From positions 1,976-65,975 of the forward strand of contig JAILAN010000101.1 of NCBI GenBank assembly GCA_024681595.1: DNA of 64,000 nucleotides. Direction: 5' to 3'. This document shows positions 37,125-46,443 of the stretch, piece by piece. The first letter of the stretch is position 1. Each line of letters starts with the position of its first letter. This DNA is from Lachnospiraceae bacterium. GTDB lineage: Bacteria > Bacillota > Clostridia > Lachnospirales > Lachnospiraceae. A model generated the notes under the pieces. The model saw only the letters and a list, made by a program, of their open reading frames with translations, ran no database searches and was not told the origin of the DNA. A program made the translations under genes and the position numbers.

Positions 37125-38288
37125 GTGGGAGATTTAAGATCGACTGTAGCTGTCATACCATGTGACGACTATGATGAAGAAAAGGTATACAGATCATTAA
37201 AAACAGGGATAGATGCCCTTGGAGGGATTGAATGCTTCGTAAGACCGGATGAAAAGATACTGGTAAAACCCAATCTTTTAAGTGCAGCTACTCCAGATAA
37301 AGCATTGACTACACATCCTTCCGTTCTTAAGGCAGTACTCAGGATACTTAATGAATACGGATGCGACGATGTAAAACTGGGAGATTCACCGGGACATGGC
37401 AGCTGTGAAGGTGCTGTCAGAACCTTAGGCCTGAAAGAGGCTGAAATGTCCGGAGCCGTGATCACACCTATGAATGAAGAAATTCACGTGAATTTTGCGG
37501 ACGGCATAACCTGCAGGGATTTTTATTTCTGCAAAGAAATTTTGGAATCAGATGCGATCATCAATGTGTGCAAGATGAAGACGCATGCACTGGAGAGAAT
37601 AACAGGGGCTGTCAAGAACGTATACGGATTCATATGCGGATATCGCAAGGCACAGGGACATGTTAAATTTCCAAATGATACAGTATTTGCGCGCATGCTT
37701 GCGGATATACACCGCTATACAAAACCCAGATTGCATATTATGGACGGGATTGTTGCAATGGAAGGAAATGGACCGGCTGCAGGTACTCCGGTTAACATGA
37801 ATGTTCTTATTGTATCAGACGATCCGGTTGCTGTGGATACGGTATTCTGCTATCTTATAAATCTTGATCCCGAGATCGTACCTACCAATTCTCAGGGAAT
37901 GAGAATGGGTATTGGAAATGATGAGGAAGAAAAGATAGATATTCTGCTTTGCCAGAATAATGACACCGTGAAGTTAAGCCCCGGCGAACTTTTTGCCATG
38001 CTTGGCAAAGGGGACTATGATGTGAGCAGGAAACGTCCCCCCAAAAGCTTCTTGAGCAGATACTCGGGCCTGATGACTCGGCTGCAGAAACGCCCGGTCA
38101 TAGACAGGTCTTTATGCGTCAAGTGCGGAATCTGTGTCGACCATTGTCCGGTTCCGGGCAAGGCGGTAGACTTTAAAAACGGTAAAGACAAGCCGCCGGT
38201 TTATGATTATTCAAAATGTATCAGATGTTATTGCTGCCAGGAGATGTGCCCCAGACATGCAATAAAACCAGGCAGAGGTATTATATGA
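37125..38288 (+). CDS. DUF362-domain protein with a C-terminal 2x[4Fe-4S] ferredoxin module
   Basis: 'VLVKPNLL' and 'HIMDGIVAMEGNGP' are DUF362 motifs. Fe-S cluster motifs: 'CVKCGICVDHCP' and 'CIRCYCCQEMCP'. GTG start. Confidence 0.75.
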   Translation: MGDLRSTVAVIPCDDYDEEKVYRSLKTGIDALGGIECFVRPDEKILVKPNLLSAATPDKALTTHPSVLKAVLRILNEYGCDDVKLGDSPGHGSCEGAVRTLGLKEAEMSGAVITPMNEEIHVNFADGITCRDFYFCKEILESDAIINVCKMKTHALERITGAVKNVYGFICGYRKAQGHVKFPNDTVFARMLADIHRYTKPRLHIMDGIVAMEGNGPAAGTPVNMNVLIVSDDPVAVDTVFCYLINLDPEIVPTNSQGMRMGIGNDEEEKIDILLCQNNDTVKLSPGELFAMLGKGDYDVSRKRPPKSFLSRYSGLMTRLQKRPVIDRSLCVKCGICVDHCPVPGKAVDFKNGKDKPPVYDYSKCIRCYCCQEMCPRHAIKPGRGII

Positions 38289-39664
38289 ACAAAAAAGGCA
38301 GTGCAAGTATAATCATTCTTACTATCATCGTTGTTTTGCTGATCCTGGCAATAGGTGGGATGGTCTGTATCAACGTTTATAAGACAGATCGCCATATAGA
38401 AACGACAGAAGCAGACAATACAGCCACACCATCTTCAAATGAAACAGCAGCTCAGACCATGGATGAAAAACCAATCGAACCTGCTGATGATGAAAAATCC
38501 GATCCGGGAGTGAGAGATGACACTCCGGCAAATGAAACGGCATCGGATACTGAGAATAAGGATATTCAGCAAAGAATAGAAACAGTCAGGTCTATTACTG
38601 AAGTATATTCAAGAACAGCGCCAGAAGGACATGAAGATATGAGAGGACTTAATGCGACAGAACTGGTAAGCGAGCTTCGATGCGGATGGAATCTGGGTAA
38701 TAGTCTTGATTCGGCCGGCTCAGAGACTAATTGGGGAAATCCCGCTACCACAAGGGAAATGATAGATGCCATAGCAGCAAAAGGGTTCAATACCATTAGG
38801 ATCCCGGTCTCATGGGGCCAGTATACCCAGGTGCAGTCAGACACTTATGTAATAAATCCCGAATTCCTACAGCGAGTCGGAGATGTGGTAGATTATGCTG
38901 TAGAAAACGACATGTATGTTATACTTAATACGCATCATGAAACGGGCTGGCTGATCCCTACTGATAAGATGATGGGAGATTCGGCTGATAAGTTTCAGGA
39001 TATATGGACACAGATAGCCTTGTATTTTAAGGATTACGGTGATCATCTGATATTTGAGGGCCTGAACGAGCCGCGTGATGAAGGCGGAGAAAAGGAATGG
39101 GAAGGCGGAACAGCGGAAAACCGCAGGATCATCAGTGAACTTGAGGATTCTTTTATTGAAACAGTACGCGCAACCGGCGGAAATAACGAAAAGCGTCTCC
39201 TTCTTATCACATCTGAAGCAGCATGCTTTATGGATTCGGCATTAAAGGATGTTCATGTACCGGATGATCCGTATGTTGGAGTCTCGATTCATGCATATAC
39301 TCCTTACGATTTTACTTTCTCTCACGAAGGTGATTACGATGACTGGGATGGTTCTCACAAGAGCGATATAGTCTGGACGTTTAACCAGCTAAATAAATAT
39401 TTCCTTAGCAAGGGCATTCCTGTTGTAATGACCGAATTTGGAGCTGAGAGAAAAGGCGGTTCAGACGATAACAATGATGAAGAAGTTGTAAAATGGATGA
39501 GAGATTATATGTCACTTGCCAGCAAGTATAAAGTTCCTGTAGTGATATGGGATAATAATCTCGTTAACGGCAACGGAGAACGTTTTGGTCTCTTTAACCG
39601 CAAGACATTAAAGTGGGAACGCGAAAAGATCGTCGATACCATGATAGAAGGATATCAGCCCTGA
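38285..39664 (+). CDS. Glycoside hydrolase family 5 endoglucanase-like enzyme, membrane-anchored/secreted
   Basis: N-terminal anchor 'IIILTIIVVLLILAIGG'. GH5 motifs: 'GFNTIRIPVSW', acid/base 'FEGLNEPR', nucleophile 'VVMTEFGA'. The start overlaps the upstream stop (ATGA). Confidence 0.85.
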   Translation: MNKKGSASIIILTIIVVLLILAIGGMVCINVYKTDRHIETTEADNTATPSSNETAAQTMDEKPIEPADDEKSDPGVRDDTPANETASDTENKDIQQRIETVRSITEVYSRTAPEGHEDMRGLNATELVSELRCGWNLGNSLDSAGSETNWGNPATTREMIDAIAAKGFNTIRIPVSWGQYTQVQSDTYVINPEFLQRVGDVVDYAVENDMYVILNTHHETGWLIPTDKMMGDSADKFQDIWTQIALYFKDYGDHLIFEGLNEPRDEGGEKEWEGGTAENRRIISELEDSFIETVRATGGNNEKRLLLITSEAACFMDSALKDVHVPDDPYVGVSIHAYTPYDFTFSHEGDYDDWDGSHKSDIVWTFNQLNKYFLSKGIPVVMTEFGAERKGGSDDNNDEEVVKWMRDYMSLASKYKVPVVIWDNNLVNGNGERFGLFNRKTLKWEREKIVDTMIEGYQP

Positions 39665-39677
39665 ACATAAAGGGATA

Positions 39678-41495
39678 ATGGTATCAAGAAGGCTTCAAAC
39701 AGCCGATAAGAGGGATAAAATGGGAATAAAGGAAAATCATTATAACGCTTTTATCAGTTACAGACATTCGGAACTTGACAGCAAAGTTGCGATCGAGGTA
39801 CACAGAAAACTCGAGCGATTTAAGCTACCTGCCAATATCAGAAAAAACTTCCCCAAGGATCATCAGAAGATAGAGCGTGTATTCAGAGATCAGGATGAAC
39901 TGCCTCTTGCTGATAATCTGTCTGATCCAATTGAACAGGCACTTCGAAATTCGGATTATCTGATCGTTATCTGTTCTCCCAGACTACCGGAATCCAAATG
40001 GTGTCAGAGGGAAATGGAGACATTTAAAAAACTGCACGGTCAGGACAGGATCCTGGCTATTTTGGCTGAGGGCGAACCGGAGGAATCATTTCCTGATGCA
40101 ATCTGTTATAAGGATGTGGTTTCCAAAGATGAGAACGGTAATGAGGTAATCAGTAAGATCCCGGTTGAACCGCTGGCGGCAGATGTAAGGGCTGATTCTC
40201 CCCGCAAGAGAAGCGCCATGATAAATGATGCGGTCTTAAGGCTGGCTGCACCGATGTTTAATCTGGGATATGATGACCTTAAACAAAGACACAGGGAACA
40301 GAGAATAAAAAGGATAGCAATAGCAACCAGCATCGCTACCGGAGTGTCTGTTATACTCGGCCTTATTTTTATGTGCCTGGCCCTTAAGATCAATTCCCAG
40401 AAGAAAGTTATAGAATCCCAACACGCAGAGCTGGAAAAACAATACGATATACAGCAGGAAAAGTATTGCGAGTCCATGAACATCGTTTCGGAGGATCTGC
40501 TGAAACAGGGCCTGAAAAAAGAGGCGGTTTATGCGATCAGAAGTGCAATGCCGGATTCGGACAAGGATGATTCGAAACCTCTGCTTCCGTCAAACATTAA
40601 GACCCTTACGCAGACACTGAATATTTATGATCTGAATGTTTTCGTTCCGTCGGATATAATCCCTGTGGATGATTTTGATACTACAAGATTTGATTCCTAC
40701 TACGGAGATTATGACTTCCTGGTCGAATATATGGGCGGCCAGACTATAATGTGCTCCGGACAATATGATCGTGATCATATACTGCTGATAACTGATTCCT
40801 GCAGATTCTTTTTGTATGATACTGAAGAGAATGTCCTTCTGGATTATACCAGAGGTCTCTTTAACAATCCTCCTGAGGGCTATGTCTTTGGGGCTGCATA
40901 TGAGGACGGGGAGATATTTATTCAGTTTAATGATGCGGATTATGTTTCATGCTTTGAGATCAAAACACCGGATGGTCTTGAAACGGCCGGACAGATCGCT
41001 GTTAAGGACATAAGAACATCCCGCGGCCTTAATATAGTTGAAGACGGTGAAGATATAATATCTGATGACGGTGAATATGTAATGAGGCTGGGAATCGACC
41101 ATTCACTTGAGGTTTATAAGGCCGATGAGGATGAACCGTTTAAGATCCTATATGATATCAGAGGAGAGTTTTATGATCTTATCAGTACTGATAACGGCAA
41201 TAAATATATCCTCCGCGGAGTCGGATCGTCCTCGCTCCTTTTTAATGAAGAGTTTGACATAATAGCTGAAATACCGTATTTTTATGAATGCGCGGATGAT
41301 GGTATGATCGTGCTCTATACGGTAGCGGATGACGCTACATACTATGATCTGTATTATGTTCCACTGGCCGATTATGATGATCTTATTGATGAGGCTGACA
41401 AGGAACTTAAAGGATTTAAACCATCCGAAGAATTTCTTGGGAAATATAAAATGCTGGATAATAAAACAGAAGATAGTGTGGGTGATATCGAATGA
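39678..41495 (+). CDS. Membrane-anchored TIR-domain protein (cytoplasmic N-terminal TIR, one TM, extracytoplasmic beta-rich C-terminal domain)
   Basis: 'YNAFISYRHSELD', 'SDYLIVICSP', 'ESKWCQREMETF' (Glu codon at 40011-40013) and 'EPLAADVR' are TIR hallmarks. TM segment 'IAIATSIATGVSVILGLIFMCLALKI' is preceded by 'KQRHREQRIKR'. An alternative start is ATG 39720. Confidence 0.75.
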   Translation: MVSRRLQTADKRDKMGIKENHYNAFISYRHSELDSKVAIEVHRKLERFKLPANIRKNFPKDHQKIERVFRDQDELPLADNLSDPIEQALRNSDYLIVICSPRLPESKWCQREMETFKKLHGQDRILAILAEGEPEESFPDAICYKDVVSKDENGNEVISKIPVEPLAADVRADSPRKRSAMINDAVLRLAAPMFNLGYDDLKQRHREQRIKRIAIATSIATGVSVILGLIFMCLALKINSQKKVIESQHAELEKQYDIQQEKYCESMNIVSEDLLKQGLKKEAVYAIRSAMPDSDKDDSKPLLPSNIKTLTQTLNIYDLNVFVPSDIIPVDDFDTTRFDSYYGDYDFLVEYMGGQTIMCSGQYDRDHILLITDSCRFFLYDTEENVLLDYTRGLFNNPPEGYVFGAAYEDGEIFIQFNDADYVSCFEIKTPDGLETAGQIAVKDIRTSRGLNIVEDGEDIISDDGEYVMRLGIDHSLEVYKADEDEPFKILYDIRGEFYDLISTDNGNKYILRGVGSSSLLFNEEFDIIAEIPYFYECADDGMIVLYTVADDATYYDLYYVPLADYDDLIDEADKELKGFKPSEEFLGKYKMLDNKTEDSVGDIE

Positions 41496-43462
41496 AAAAA
41501 AGGTTGTTTCTTATTCTGACCATAGTCTTATTATGTCTTGGGTTATGTGCGTGCAGCAAGACCTCGTCCAAGAATGATAAGGACGATCTTGAAGAAACCG
41601 AAGAAGAGGACAGTTCTTCAAAAAAGAAAAATAAGAAAAAGAAGGATAAAGATAAGGAAGATGGCGATGCGGTAAAGGTTTATTTTGAATCTGATTATCC
41701 GGAGGATCTGGATGATTATGAGGAATTTATCCTTGAAGAAGATGATCAATCCGTAAATATCGTTTATGCAGCATCAAAGAGCGTTAAAAATTTCAGTTTC
41801 TATGATATTTCATCAATAGATACCAAAGAAGACTCAGATGATTTTGAATATACAGGATATGAGATATATTCTGCTGATAAGCTGTCTTCGAAAAAACCTC
41901 TGGTTGTTACGCTGGTTTTCCATGGGGATATGCCGGAATATGGATTTTCCTATGATGACAGCGATGGTAACAGGCAGTATTTTCTGATCGGATTAAGCGG
42001 TAAAGACGGAAGCCTTAAGACAACTTCGATACCTGAGATAGTCATTTCCGAAGAATCTCCGCTCTTTGCCGATATGGAAAACTATCAGTTCTATTTTATG
42101 AGCGGAGCCGGCGGCTGGGAAACCAATATGAGAGTTTATGCTGACGGAAGCTTTGACGGAACATATTATGACTATGATATGGGAGATACCGGTCCGGGCT
42201 ATGAGGAGAACGGAACCGTATACTGGTGTGACTTTAACGGCAGACTCGGTAATCCGGTTGAAACAGATCTTAACTGTTATGAAGCAGACATCATTGAACT
42301 TAACTACGATGTAGAACCCGGCAAGGAAGTTATTGAAGACGGGGAACGAAAGATATACACAGGTGCTTATGGTCTGGAGAATGCTCAAAAACTTACGATC
42401 TATGCTCCGGAGATGAATACGAGTCTCTTGCCGGAGGATTACCTGAGCTGGGTGTACTGGGAATTCTATGATCCGGATCTTGGTGATATGGCATTGCCAG
42501 TTGAAATGCCGTTTTATGGTTTATTCAATGCAGAGGATGGATGCGGTTTCTATTCAGAAAGCCTACTGGTAAACAGGATCGTACTAAGCAATACAGTTAA
42601 GCTGCCGGGAACCGAAAACATTACCGATAACTATGATTACCTTGACCAGACATATGAAATAAAAGACAGAAACGAAGAACTCGGTTTTACGATATACAAT
42701 ACATCCTTCTTTAATGAAGAGCATCTTTCGCTTGATGATAATCCGGATGAACTGGTTGAACTATGCTTTTCAAAGCTTGGTATAACCGATACGGAAAATA
42801 TCTATACCTTTGATAAAGAGGACGGAGAGTATACTTCGTCAATGTATAATCTGGTGCATATAGATTTTGGTAAGGACTGCCTGTATTCCATATATACTGA
42901 TATGGATTCCGGAGTGGACTATGAAGCTCGAATATATGTGGCGAATAACTTTATTTATTTCTATGCGATCATAATGGATGAGGACTCGATCCTTCAGGGA
43001 GAGGCAGAGTCATTTATCCTCGCGGGTGTCCAGGTATTTGGGATATATTCACAGGATCATTATAAATCCGGCATTATGGACAGCCCCGAAGGCAGCATAT
43101 CTGACACGATACTGGCAAATGTACAGAGCAAGACTTCAACAGACGGGAAAACATACTATTTCGTAGCGGATGAAGTAGAATGGGTTTCATCCGGTGACGA
43201 AGAGGCTATGAAGAAATACGGCCTGACAGAGGATGATATGTTCGATGATTATGCTATAGTTGGGCAGGACGGTAAGACCAGGGATTATAAGATAGCAGAC
43301 AGCGCGACATTCTTTCTCCAGTACGAACCCGGCCTTAAGAATCCTTATATGGGATATTCGATCATGGATTATCTCAATGACGGATCCAAAGAGATTATGA
43401 TGAAGCTCTATCTGAATGAAGACGGTGAAGTTATATTCGGGTATGAACCATACACGCCCTGA
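41492..43462 (+). CDS. Large orphan lipoprotein (no recognised domain)
   Basis: Lipobox 'LLCLGLCAC', then a Lys/Asp/Glu-rich linker and about 580 aa of Asp/Tyr/Glu-rich sequence. ATGA overlap with the TIR gene stop. Confidence 0.7.
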   Translation: MKKRLFLILTIVLLCLGLCACSKTSSKNDKDDLEETEEEDSSSKKKNKKKKDKDKEDGDAVKVYFESDYPEDLDDYEEFILEEDDQSVNIVYAASKSVKNFSFYDISSIDTKEDSDDFEYTGYEIYSADKLSSKKPLVVTLVFHGDMPEYGFSYDDSDGNRQYFLIGLSGKDGSLKTTSIPEIVISEESPLFADMENYQFYFMSGAGGWETNMRVYADGSFDGTYYDYDMGDTGPGYEENGTVYWCDFNGRLGNPVETDLNCYEADIIELNYDVEPGKEVIEDGERKIYTGAYGLENAQKLTIYAPEMNTSLLPEDYLSWVYWEFYDPDLGDMALPVEMPFYGLFNAEDGCGFYSESLLVNRIVLSNTVKLPGTENITDNYDYLDQTYEIKDRNEELGFTIYNTSFFNEEHLSLDDNPDELVELCFSKLGITDTENIYTFDKEDGEYTSSMYNLVHIDFGKDCLYSIYTDMDSGVDYEARIYVANNFIYFYAIIMDEDSILQGEAESFILAGVQVFGIYSQDHYKSGIMDSPEGSISDTILANVQSKTSTDGKTYYFVADEVEWVSSGDEEAMKKYGLTEDDMFDDYAIVGQDGKTRDYKIADSATFFLQYEPGLKNPYMGYSIMDYLNDGSKEIMMKLYLNEDGEVIFGYEPYTP

Positions 43463-43496
43463 TCATATATGTTTTATAGAACGGAGGTAACTATTT

Positions 43497-43790
43497 ATGG
43501 CAGATTTTGTTAGTATTGATGCAGAAGACGATCAGTTCGCGTATCGTTATGATACGCAGCTGCTTATTGACAGGAGGGACAAGGATCTTGATGAAGACGA
43601 AATAGCCGATTATATCACGGATAATATCGAGGGAAACAGTCTTATCGCTGCAGGGGACGAGGACCTGGTCAAGATTCATTTCCATACAAATGAACCCTGG
43701 AAACTTCTTGAATACTGTAACGGTGTCGGAGAGATATACGATATCGTAGTGGAAGATATGATTAGACAGTCTGCAGGCCTGCAGGGCTGA
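43497..43790 (+). CDS. Stand-alone small acidic protein resembling the middle domain of YloV/FakA (DAK2-fusion) proteins
   Basis: 'GNSLIAAGDEDLVKIHFHTNEPWKLLEY...GEIYDIVVEDMIRQ' matches, from memory, the pattern 'GDSL.V..D..L.KVH.H...PG.VL...G.L..I.I.NM..Q' found after the DhaL/Dak2 domain of FakA-type proteins. GGAGG RBS upstream. Confidence 0.55.
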   Translation: MADFVSIDAEDDQFAYRYDTQLLIDRRDKDLDEDEIADYITDNIEGNSLIAAGDEDLVKIHFHTNEPWKLLEYCNGVGEIYDIVVEDMIRQSAGLQG

Positions 43791-43809
43791 TATCATTTTA
43801 GAATGCATT

Positions 43810-43842
43810 AGATCCCGGAGCAATTGCTTCGGGATCTTTTTA
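43810..43842 (+). terminator. Rho-independent terminator ending the 37125-43790 co-directional block
   Basis: AGATCCCG / CGGGATCT stem with a 12-nt loop, followed by TTTTTAT. Confidence 0.7.
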
Positions 43843-43865
43843 TATCATATAATATGTCAGGCATG

Positions 43866-44762
43866 TTACCGATTCGCTCGCACGTTTTCATCACCAAGGA
43901 AAAACAGTGCAACTGTACCAGGCCCGACATGTGAACCGGTAACAGGCTCGTAGCATACCGAAAGGATCTCTTTTGGAGGGTTATTACGGTTCAGCAGATC
44001 GATAAGGTAATCAGTATCTTCTTGATTATCTGAATGAGCGATCCCGACTATCTGACTGCCCGGGTCTACCACAAATCGGTCATACCTTTCCGCCATATTT
44101 TTGATCGCATTTTTAGTACCGCGCACTTTTGCTATGTTTATTATCTGCCCCTGTTCGTTTCCCATCAGGATTGGTTTGATGTTAAGCAGATTACCGATGA
44201 TCATTGCAGCATTTGATAGCCTTCCTGTACGCTGCAGATGCTTGAGTGAATCTACGGTAAAAACCTGATACATGCATTTTGACAGCTCAGTCAGTCTGTT
44301 GTAGCATTCGTCTATACCAAGTCCCTGCTTCCTCAGCTCTATGGCTTTTAACAATATAATACCTTCGCCGAGGGAAGCAGCTTTGGTGTCAAGCATATAG
44401 AACTTTCTGTCCGGATATTCCTCCCGGAGCATTTTCTGAGCTAACAGACTGGAATTATATGAACCACTGATACCTGATGACATGGAAACATAAAGGACAT
44501 CCTGCCCTTTTTTGGCATATTCCGAAATACAGTCATAGTATGTCCCCGGAGATACCTGTGATGTGTTGTATAATGTTCCCTTTTTTATTTCATCGTAGAA
44601 CCTTTTTCCGTCAAATGAATCTATATCGATGCATTGCATGAGATCAGATTCGTTTCCTTTGGGATAATATGAAAACGGAACCAGCGTTACATCCTCCGGA
44701 CTAAGCATTTTCATCGGGACGTTGCACGATGTATCAGATACGATAGCAAAACTCACGTTCAT
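43866..44762 (-). CDS. DegV-family fatty-acid-binding protein (FakB-like)
   Basis: 'FAIVSDTSCNVP', 'YNTSQVSPG', 'LYVSMSSGISGSYNS', 'GPGTVALFF' are DegV signatures. The ATG at 44762 has GGAGGA upstream. Confidence 0.9.
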   Translation of the reverse strand: MNVSFAIVSDTSCNVPMKMLSPEDVTLVPFSYYPKGNESDLMQCIDIDSFDGKRFYDEIKKGTLYNTSQVSPGTYYDCISEYAKKGQDVLYVSMSSGISGSYNSSLLAQKMLREEYPDRKFYMLDTKAASLGEGIILLKAIELRKQGLGIDECYNRLTELSKCMYQVFTVDSLKHLQRTGRLSNAAMIIGNLLNIKPILMGNEQGQIINIAKVRGTKNAIKNMAERYDRFVVDPGSQIVGIAHSDNQEDTDYLIDLLNRNNPPKEILSVCYEPVTGSHVGPGTVALFFLGDENVRANR

Positions 44763-44877
44763 TCCTCCTGACATAATCAACTCTACATATTGTAGTATAG
44801 AAAACTACATTTGGCAACCTTGACAATCATGTTTGACGGACTATTTTATTATATTGTGTGAATTCAATACAAAATAC

Positions 44878-44913
44878 GACATATTGCACAAAAAAAAGAC
44901 ATAAAATGCACAA
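44878..44913 (+). promoter_or_regulatory. Direct repeats GACATA-N(2/4)-GCACAA upstream of the sugar ABC operon (candidate activator sites)
   Basis: GACATATTGCACAA (44878-44891) and GACATAAAATGCACAA (44898-44913), about two helical turns apart. They lie roughly 40-75 nt upstream of a TATAAT at 44954-44959 that has no good -35. Confidence 0.35.
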
Positions 44914-45044
44914 GAAGTAAAAAATATGCTTAATAAAGTAAAAGATTTACATTTATAATAATCAGTTATTCATTTATATTATAAATTGGAATTGTAAATG
45001 GCAGATTTTCTGCCAAAACCAAGTTTCATAAGGAGGTTTTTATT

Positions 45045-46412
45045 ATGAAGAAACGTTTAGTTTCAGTTCTGTTGGCAGCCGCTATGGTTCTGTCACTCGT
45101 AGCGTGCGGTAACGCAGCTGCTCCTGCAGCAAGCACCGACACAGCACCTGCAGCTGATACAACAACAGAAACAACAGAAGCAGCACCTGCAGCTGACACT
45201 GCTACAGAAGAAGTTGCAGAAGCTCCCAGTGATGAACCCATCACTTTGACAATGTGGTGTATCGCTACAGAGGGTGACTCTAACCGTCACGCTTATGAAG
45301 CAGCGATCGCTGACATGGCAGAAAAGTATCCCAATGTTACACTTGAATGGGAAGCTATCGAAAACGAAGCTTACAAGACAAAGATCAGTGCAGCAATGGC
45401 ATCAGGCGAAGGACTTCCTGATATCTTCTTCACATGGTCATGCGCTTTCCTTGGCGATTTCGTAAACCAGGGCAGAGTATATTGTCTTGACGATGTACTT
45501 GCTAAGTACTCTAGCGAGCTTCCTGAGAGTATGCTTGGTAACACAACATACGACGGAAAGCACTATGGTGTTCCTACAACAATGAACATCGTTGCTCTGT
45601 TCGCTAACATGGACCTTCTTGCTCAGGCAGGTTGGGACAAGGTTCCTGAGAACTATGACGAACTCATCCAGTGCTGTGATGACCTTGTAGCTGCTGGTAT
45701 CATTCCTTTCGGATGTGCAGGTGGTGAGACATGGTGTGTTACAGAGTACCTCGAGCCCATCATAGAGAAGACAATCGGTGCTGACGCACTCAACGATATC
45801 TTCCTTGGCAGAGCTACATACAACAATCCTGACGTTGCTAAGGCTGTAGATACTTTCCAGGAAATGATCGACAAGGGTTACTTCGATCCTGCTGGTGCAT
45901 CTCTTCCTAACGATGATGTTAAGGCTAACTTCATTGCAGGCAGAACAGCATTCTACCAGAACGGTACATGGAACTGCGCAGATTTCGCTAACAACGCAGA
46001 CTTCCTTCCTAAAGTAAAGGTTACTGAGTTCCCTGTAATCGACTCTAGCAAGTCTAAGCTTGGTCAGCTTATCGGTGGACCTTCAGATACTCTTGCAGTA
46101 ACTGCTTCTTCACCTAACGCTGAGTTCGCTGCTGAATATGCTGCAGAGCTTGGAAAACTCATCTGCCACTATGGTTATCTTGACGGATGTGGACTTCCTG
46201 CTTGGATTCCTTACGGCGATACAAGTTCAATCAATCCTCTTACACAGTCTGTAGCAGAGATCTGTGCAAATGCTGATTCATATGTTCTCTTCGGTGATAC
46301 CGCTCAGAGCGCAGTAGATAAGGATCCTTATCTTGACGCTGTTGCTAAGGTATACGGCAAGGAACTTGACGGTCAGGGATTCATTGAAGAACTGGCAGGT
46401 GCTATCAGATAG
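45045..46412 (+). CDS. Sugar ABC transporter substrate-binding lipoprotein
   Basis: Lipobox 'VLSLVACG', an Ala/Thr/Glu/Asp-rich tether, and about 455 aa of family-1 solute-binding-like sequence. AAGGAGG RBS upstream. Confidence 0.9.
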   Translation: MKKRLVSVLLAAAMVLSLVACGNAAAPAASTDTAPAADTTTETTEAAPAADTATEEVAEAPSDEPITLTMWCIATEGDSNRHAYEAAIADMAEKYPNVTLEWEAIENEAYKTKISAAMASGEGLPDIFFTWSCAFLGDFVNQGRVYCLDDVLAKYSSELPESMLGNTTYDGKHYGVPTTMNIVALFANMDLLAQAGWDKVPENYDELIQCCDDLVAAGIIPFGCAGGETWCVTEYLEPIIEKTIGADALNDIFLGRATYNNPDVAKAVDTFQEMIDKGYFDPAGASLPNDDVKANFIAGRTAFYQNGTWNCADFANNADFLPKVKVTEFPVIDSSKSKLGQLIGGPSDTLAVTASSPNAEFAAEYAAELGKLICHYGYLDGCGLPAWIPYGDTSSINPLTQSVAEICANADSYVLFGDTAQSAVDKDPYLDAVAKVYGKELDGQGFIEELAGAIR

Positions 46413-46443
46413 TTTTATCTGTAATGCATAAGCGATAAAATCA

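Noticed and set aside
39678-43790. Treating the TIR locus as part of a classical defence island or a known system (Thoeris, CBASS, Pycsar)
   Set aside because: There is no ThsA-like SIR2/SLOG, cyclase, effector or restriction gene, and no mobile-element gene nearby. The neighbours are a GH5 gene and a DegV gene. I kept it as an uncharacterised candidate instead.
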